A stretch of DNA of 11,087 nt from Candidatus Hermodarchaeota archaeon (lineage in GTDB: Archaea > Asgardarchaeota > Lokiarchaeia > Sigyniarchaeales > SOKP01): assembly GCA_048885925.1 (NCBI GenBank), contig JBHLLG010000094.1, forward strand, positions 1 through 11,087, given 5' to 3'. The notes under the pieces were generated by a model, which saw only the letters and a program-made list of their open reading frames with translations, made no database searches and had not been told where the DNA came from. Position 1 is the stretch's first letter, and every line of letters begins with the position of its first letter. Made by a program: the position numbers and the translations under genes. Below are positions 6,967 through 11,087 of this stretch, one piece after another.

Positions 6967-6981
6967 TTATAAATGTTTTGA
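6967..6981 (-). promoter_or_regulatory. Putative BRE + TATA promoter (CAAAACA-TTTATAA) upstream of the Lys/Gly-rich gene
   Basis: The minus strand reads TTCAAAACATTTATAATATCC. An alternative TATA-like TTTATATT lies near 6907-6914. Confidence 0.35.
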
Positions 6982-7144
6982 AAATTAATGGTCAATTTAG
7001 AAAAGAAAAACAATTAAAGCATTATTAAAACTTAAATACACTCATTAGATTTTTATTAAAATTTTAACAAATATATTCTAATATTGTTAATAGAAATTAT
7101 CTATATCCCGTTTGATAATTAAAATTATACCAATTGGTTAAAAA

Positions 7145-8149
7145 ATGGCTAGAGTCTTATTCATTTCAAAAGATAATGTTCGAGATGCTTGGTTATCCGC
7201 TGTAGGTCAAGTATTATATAATGGCGATATTATTAAAACCGAATATGATAAACCAGATGATGTCCCTTCTAGAGATGCAACGGTATTAATAGAAATTAAA
7301 GAACCATTAAGCAATCCAATTAAGCGAAAAGATAAAATTGTGAAAATAAAATCAAAATATGGTAATACCTATGAAGTTTATGGTTGCATTGCAGATACTT
7401 ATCTAATTGGCTCAATTCAGAGTGGATATATTGAAGAAATCATGGATGGTGTAAATGACAATTTATTATATGAATCCGATGTAAGTTTCCCATACTCATA
7501 TCATGATAGAATTTTTAATTACAGTCCATTTTCTCTGGAAGATACAATTCATAAAAATTATACCCTTAAAATTGTGAATGAAGAAATTGTAAAACGCCAT
7601 AAAAAGTTATTAAAAGCTGGAAAAATAAAGAGTATCCCCGATTCTAATATTTGGAAAGTGGAAAATGGCATAGAATTCGATTTAGACAAAAAAATTTCTG
7701 AGCAATTGGGATTGGTAAAAATTCCTATCGCTGTATTAGACTTTCCCAGAATTAATCAAATTGATTATATTGTTAACAAGTTAAGAGAAAAGCCCTATTC
7801 ACGCAGGGCTCAAGCTATAACATGGAGACCATTAGTTGATCCATTTCATATCGATCCTCCTTGTCTTCAAAGAATTTTTATGCGCATAAAAGAAGGAAAA
7901 TTATTAATGCAAACTACATGGAGAAGTAGAGATTTATTTAGAGCATGGGAAGCTAATGTAAACGGAATGATTAGAATTCAAAAAATAGTTGCTGACAAGT
8001 TAGGCGTTGAGGTTGGTCATTATTTAGATTTTAGTAATTCCCTCCATATTTATGGAAATACAATCTCAGAAGTAAAAGACATCCTAAATCGTATGAAAAA
8101 TAAAGGAGAACTTCCTGATGAATTAATTAATTTAATGAAAAAAGACTAA
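7145..8149 (+). CDS. thyA: Archaeal-type thymidylate synthase (ThyA fold) with insertions
   Basis: Motifs FPYSYHDRIFNY, INQIDYIV, PYSRRAQAITW, DPPCLQ (catalytic Cys240), WRSRD..AWEAN (Asn271) and SLHIY. Confidence 0.88.
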   Translation: MARVLFISKDNVRDAWLSAVGQVLYNGDIIKTEYDKPDDVPSRDATVLIEIKEPLSNPIKRKDKIVKIKSKYGNTYEVYGCIADTYLIGSIQSGYIEEIMDGVNDNLLYESDVSFPYSYHDRIFNYSPFSLEDTIHKNYTLKIVNEEIVKRHKKLLKAGKIKSIPDSNIWKVENGIEFDLDKKISEQLGLVKIPIAVLDFPRINQIDYIVNKLREKPYSRRAQAITWRPLVDPFHIDPPCLQRIFMRIKEGKLLMQTTWRSRDLFRAWEANVNGMIRIQKIVADKLGVEVGHYLDFSNSLHIYGNTISEVKDILNRMKNKGELPDELINLMKKD

Positions 8150-8239
8150 AGTTATTGTATAAAATATTTTCTTAAGAAATTATTATTTTATTCTCCCAGT
8201 TAGAATGTCTAGATTTCATTAAAAATTAAGGAATAGATT

Positions 8240-9097
8240 ATGAATTTACCATTTAAAATTAAATTAAAAGATAAAGTTGCGTTAATCACTGGTGGTGGTG
8301 GAGTCCTCTGTGGATGTTTTGCAGAAGCTTTGGCTCAATGTGGAGCAAAAATTGCAATTATTGATATAAATAAAGAAGCAGCTGAAAAGATTGTTGAAAA
8401 GATTAAAAGAAATGGCGGGATGGCTAAGGCAGTTAAGGCTGATGTTCTAGATCTTAAAAGCTTACAGGAAGCTGAAAAGGTTATTTCGAGGGAGTTTGGT
8501 TCATGGAGTATTCTAATAAATGGTGCTGGAGGAAATCATCCTAAAGGGACAACTTCAAATGAGTATCTATCTAGAGAAGACTTAATTAAGAAAAATAAAG
8601 GAATATTCACCTTTTTTGATTTAACAAGAGAGGGAATTGAATTTATTTTTGATTTAAATTTTATTGGTACTTTTTTACCGATTCAAGTTTTTGCTAAAAA
8701 GATGATAAATCAAAAAGGAGCTATCATTATTAATATATCATCAATGAATGCTTTTCGCCCTTTAACGAAAATCCCAGCATATAGTGGTGCTAAGGCAGCA
8801 GTAAGTAATTTTACCCAATGGTTAGCAGTGCATTTTTCAAAGGTAAATATTCGAGTAAATGCGATTGCTCCAGGATTTTTTCTAACAGAACAAAATCGTT
8901 CACTTCTAATCAATGAGGATGGATCTTTTAAAGCTCGAGCAGAAAAAATTCTAGATCATACCCCTATGGGGCGATTTGGTAAACCAGAAGACTTACTTGG
9001 TACAATCTTGTGGTTAATTGATGAGAATGCCTCAAGTTATGTTAATGGAGTTATTATTCCTGTAGACGGTGGTTTTTCTGCCTATTCTGGAGTATGA
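8240..9097 (+). CDS. uxuB: SDR-family D-mannonate oxidoreductase (fructuronate reductase)
   Basis: Rossmann motif ITGGGGVLC, INGAGGNHPKGTT, SSMNAFRPLTKIPAYSGAK (YxxxK), FTQWLAVH and C-terminal PVDGGFSAYSGV. Adjacent to uxuA. Confidence 0.88.
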   Translation: MNLPFKIKLKDKVALITGGGGVLCGCFAEALAQCGAKIAIIDINKEAAEKIVEKIKRNGGMAKAVKADVLDLKSLQEAEKVISREFGSWSILINGAGGNHPKGTTSNEYLSREDLIKKNKGIFTFFDLTREGIEFIFDLNFIGTFLPIQVFAKKMINQKGAIIINISSMNAFRPLTKIPAYSGAKAAVSNFTQWLAVHFSKVNIRVNAIAPGFFLTEQNRSLLINEDGSFKARAEKILDHTPMGRFGKPEDLLGTILWLIDENASSYVNGVIIPVDGGFSAYSGV

Positions 9098-9134
9098 TTG
9101 TAATTTAGAACTTAATGTAATTTTTTTAAAAAAA

Positions 9135-9141
9135 GGGGTGA
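9135..9141 (+). promoter_or_regulatory. Ribosome-binding site GGGGTGA for uxuA
   Basis: GGGGTGA lies 6 nt upstream of ATG 9148 in otherwise G-poor DNA. Confidence 0.65.
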
Positions 9142-9147
9142 ATTTTA

Positions 9148-10200
9148 ATGGAAATGACATTTAGATGGTTTGGAACCGAGGATCCTATACCATTACAATA
9201 TATAAAACAAATTCCAAGAGTAAAAGGAATTGTTTCTGCTTTATATGATGTACCGGTAGGAGATATTTGGCCTGTTGAAAAAATTAAGTTAATTAAAGAG
9301 AAGATTGAATCTGTAAGTTTAAATTTTTCTGTGATTGAAAGTATACCTGTTCATGAAGATATTAAACTTGGACGCTCAACCCGTGATAAGTTAATTGATA
9401 ATTACTGTCAAAGTATTCGTAATATGGGATCTCTTGAAATAAAAATATTGTGCTATAATTTTATGCCTGTATTTGATTGGACTCGTTCTGATCTGGCCAT
9501 GAAATCTCCAAATGGTTCAAGTACACTCAGCTATGATCATCAACAACTAAAAAAAGTTGATTTAAGGAAAGAATCATTTAATCTTCCAGGATGGGCAACT
9601 TATTATAATAAAAATGAATTATACAAACTTCTGAATAGATATTCTAAAATTAATGAAGAAAAATTATGGATGAATTTAAAATATTTTTTAAAAAAAGTTA
9701 TTCCAGTTGCAGAAGAATATGATGTAAAAATGGGAATTCATCCAGATGATCCCCCATGGTCTGTCTTTAATTTGCCACGCATACTTACTGATGAGTTTGC
9801 ATTGGAGCGTCTAATAAATATTGTTGATAGTCCTTCAAACGGAATAACATTTTGTACTGGAACTCTTGGTGCTAATTCAAAAATTGATTTAATAAAATGT
9901 ATTAGGAAATTTGGGGCATTAAAGCGCATCCCATTTGCTCATTGCCGTAATATTAAACGTACTGATGAATATAATTTTCATGAGGTTGAACATCCGACTG
10001 AATTTGGTGACATTAATATGTATGAAGTTATAAAAGCTTTTGTGGAAATTGACTTTACTGGAGCAATTCGTCCTGATCATGGAAGAATGATTTGGGGAGA
10101 AAAAGGAAGGCCAGGATACGGTTTATATGATCGAGCTCTTGGTTCAATGTATTTATCAGGTCTTTGGGAAGGAATAGAAAAAACCATTAAAACGAAATAA
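9148..10200 (+). CDS. uxuA: Mannonate dehydratase
   Basis: Motifs MTFRWFG, VIESIPVHEDIKLG, CYNFMPVFDWTRS, IHPDDPP, GITFCTG, FAHCRN, RPDHGRMIWGE and PGYGLYDRALG. Confidence 0.97.
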   Translation: MEMTFRWFGTEDPIPLQYIKQIPRVKGIVSALYDVPVGDIWPVEKIKLIKEKIESVSLNFSVIESIPVHEDIKLGRSTRDKLIDNYCQSIRNMGSLEIKILCYNFMPVFDWTRSDLAMKSPNGSSTLSYDHQQLKKVDLRKESFNLPGWATYYNKNELYKLLNRYSKINEEKLWMNLKYFLKKVIPVAEEYDVKMGIHPDDPPWSVFNLPRILTDEFALERLINIVDSPSNGITFCTGTLGANSKIDLIKCIRKFGALKRIPFAHCRNIKRTDEYNFHEVEHPTEFGDINMYEVIKAFVEIDFTGAIRPDHGRMIWGEKGRPGYGLYDRALGSMYLSGLWEGIEKTIKTK

Positions 10201-10207
10201 AGATTAT

Positions 10208-10963
10208 TCAAAAGATTTTGGGAAAAATTCTTTTAGTATTTTTTTCAATTTGTGCTTCTAACTCTTTTAAATCAATTTCTTTTTGCTTAGAGATAGCTGC
10301 TAGAACATCTTTAATCATTGCAGGAGTTCCAATCTTTCCTGAATATTTAACTGGTCCATCACTTTCAAGCAAAATGAATTTTTTATCGACCTTTGAGACT
10401 GTTTTTTTAACTGCTGGGGAATAACTAATGGCGGGTGTAATTGAGAAGTAATATCCTCTATCTATTCCTTCATTCAAGAATTCTTCAGGTCCAGAATACC
10501 AGTGAATATTCACATTAGGAATTTTATATGATGGAAGTAAATCAAAAACTAATTTTTCTGCTCCTTTTGTATGTAAGTTAACAGGTAATTCCAAATCTTG
10601 GGCTATTGAAAGCATATTTTCAAATATTTTTTTTTGAAGAGGATACAACTCTTTATCTTTAACAAAATGATGATCTAAACCAATTTCTCCTATAGCACAT
10701 ATTTTCTCTCTATTCTTTTTAATTAGGTCTATAGCAGAATCTAGTTGATTTTCAATATCTTTATTTACATTCACTTCTTCAGGATGGATACCTAAGGCAG
10801 GATATATTATATCATATCTGTTAGAAATTTCTAAGATCCTTTCTAAACTAATAAAACTCATACCAACAGAGATTATTTTTTCTACTCCAACACTTTTTGC
10901 TTCTTTAATTATTTCATCAATAACTAAATATAGATTAGCATGGCAATGAATATCGATTAGCAC
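10208..10963 (-). CDS. tatD: TatD-family metal-dependent nuclease/hydrolase
   Basis: Motifs IDIHCH, ALGIHP, AIGEIGLD, PVNLH, IHWYSG and LLESDGP. GTG start preceded by an RBS. Confidence 0.95.
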   Translation of the reverse strand: MLIDIHCHANLYLVIDEIIKEAKSVGVEKIISVGMSFISLERILEISNRYDIIYPALGIHPEEVNVNKDIENQLDSAIDLIKKNREKICAIGEIGLDHHFVKDKELYPLQKKIFENMLSIAQDLELPVNLHTKGAEKLVFDLLPSYKIPNVNIHWYSGPEEFLNEGIDRGYYFSITPAISYSPAVKKTVSKVDKKFILLESDGPVKYSGKIGTPAMIKDVLAAISKQKEIDLKELEAQIEKNTKRIFPKIF

Positions 10964-10970
10964 TCTAAAA

Positions 10971-10978
10971 ACCTCATC
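10971..10978 (-). promoter_or_regulatory. Ribosome-binding site GATGAGGT for tatD
   Basis: The minus strand reads GATGAGGT-TTTTAGA-GTG, a 7-nt spacer that supports the GTG start. Confidence 0.65.
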
Positions 10979-11011
10979 ATATTTACTTTAAAATCAGAAA
11001 AAATATAAAAT

Positions 11012-11086
11012 CTACATATTATTTACTTGCTCTCTTAAAAGAGTAATTTTTTTCACTAATTCAAACTTTCTTCTCCAATTATAATC
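11012..11086 (-). CDS. Possible 3' end of an upstream gene truncated by the window edge
   Basis: Open minus-strand frame ...DYNWRRKFELVKKITLLREQVNNM-TAG running off the window, followed by a T-rich tract. Only 24 codons are visible. Confidence 0.4.
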   Translation of the reverse strand, partial: DYNWRRKFELVKKITLLREQVNNM

Positions 11087-11087
11087 A

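Noticed and set aside
6960-7028. 22-codon ORF MDIINVLKINGQFRKEKQLKHY in the large intergenic gap
   Set aside because: Too short to distinguish from chance, has no RBS, and overlaps a promoter-like element.
7526-7756. ThyA insertion as a mini-intein or intron
   Set aside because: No C-terminal His-Asn followed by Cys/Ser/Thr (it reads RIN-Q). It is shorter than minimal inteins and the reading frame is continuous.
7145-8149. Phage-type DNA hypermodification or defence locus built on a TS-like enzyme
   Set aside because: No nucleotide kinase, glycosyltransferase, polymerase, integrase or restriction genes nearby. The context is housekeeping and Asn271 indicates dUMP.
8710-8913. 67-aa minus-strand ORF
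   Set aside because: Antisense to the SDR catalytic region.
9121-9134. T7A7 perfect palindrome between uxuB and uxuA
   Set aside because: Low-complexity, thermodynamically weak and expected in AT-rich DNA. A partial terminator role for the T7 cannot be shown.
9738-9929. 63-aa minus-strand ORF
   Set aside because: Antisense shadow within uxuA.
10218-10424. 68-aa plus-strand ORF
   Set aside because: Antisense shadow within tatD.
1-11087. CRISPR array, tRNA/rRNA, IS or transposase, long direct or terminal repeats, stop-codon recoding
   Set aside because: By eye, no regularly spaced repeats, GC-rich structured RNA, transposase motifs or interrupted conserved genes. Nearly all sequence is accounted for by intact CDSs.

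Overview
Very AT-rich, gene-dense chromosomal segment that looks archaeal, most plausibly Asgard/Lokiarchaeia-like. That assignment is an inference from the archaeal-type thymidylate synthase, a SAMP/MoaD-like protein, BRE/TATA-like promoters, GAGGT/GGTGA-type RBSs and oligo-T terminators. Gene order: RimK/MptN-like ATP-grasp ligase (+), small membrane protein (-), DUF1028 Ntn-hydrolase with TPR-like tail (+), a 56-codon ORF missed by the ORF track (+), an operon-like maf + ITP/XTPase (YjjX-type) house-cleaning pair (-), two tandem CTP-dependent lipid-kinase paralogs (Dgk1/VTE5/Sec59 superfamily) (+), a ubiquitin-fold SAMP/MoaD protein (-), a 66-aa Lys/Gly-rich periodic protein (-), an archaeal ThyA-type protein with large insertions (+), a bacterial-looking uxuB(SDR)-uxuA pair (+), tatD (-), and possibly the 3' end of another gene. 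I see no rRNA, tRNA, CRISPR array or mobile element. No clear new multi-gene system is evident. The best leads are the tandem lipid kinases, the Maf with non-canonical specificity residues, the ~75-aa insertion in ThyA and the small Lys/Gly protein.
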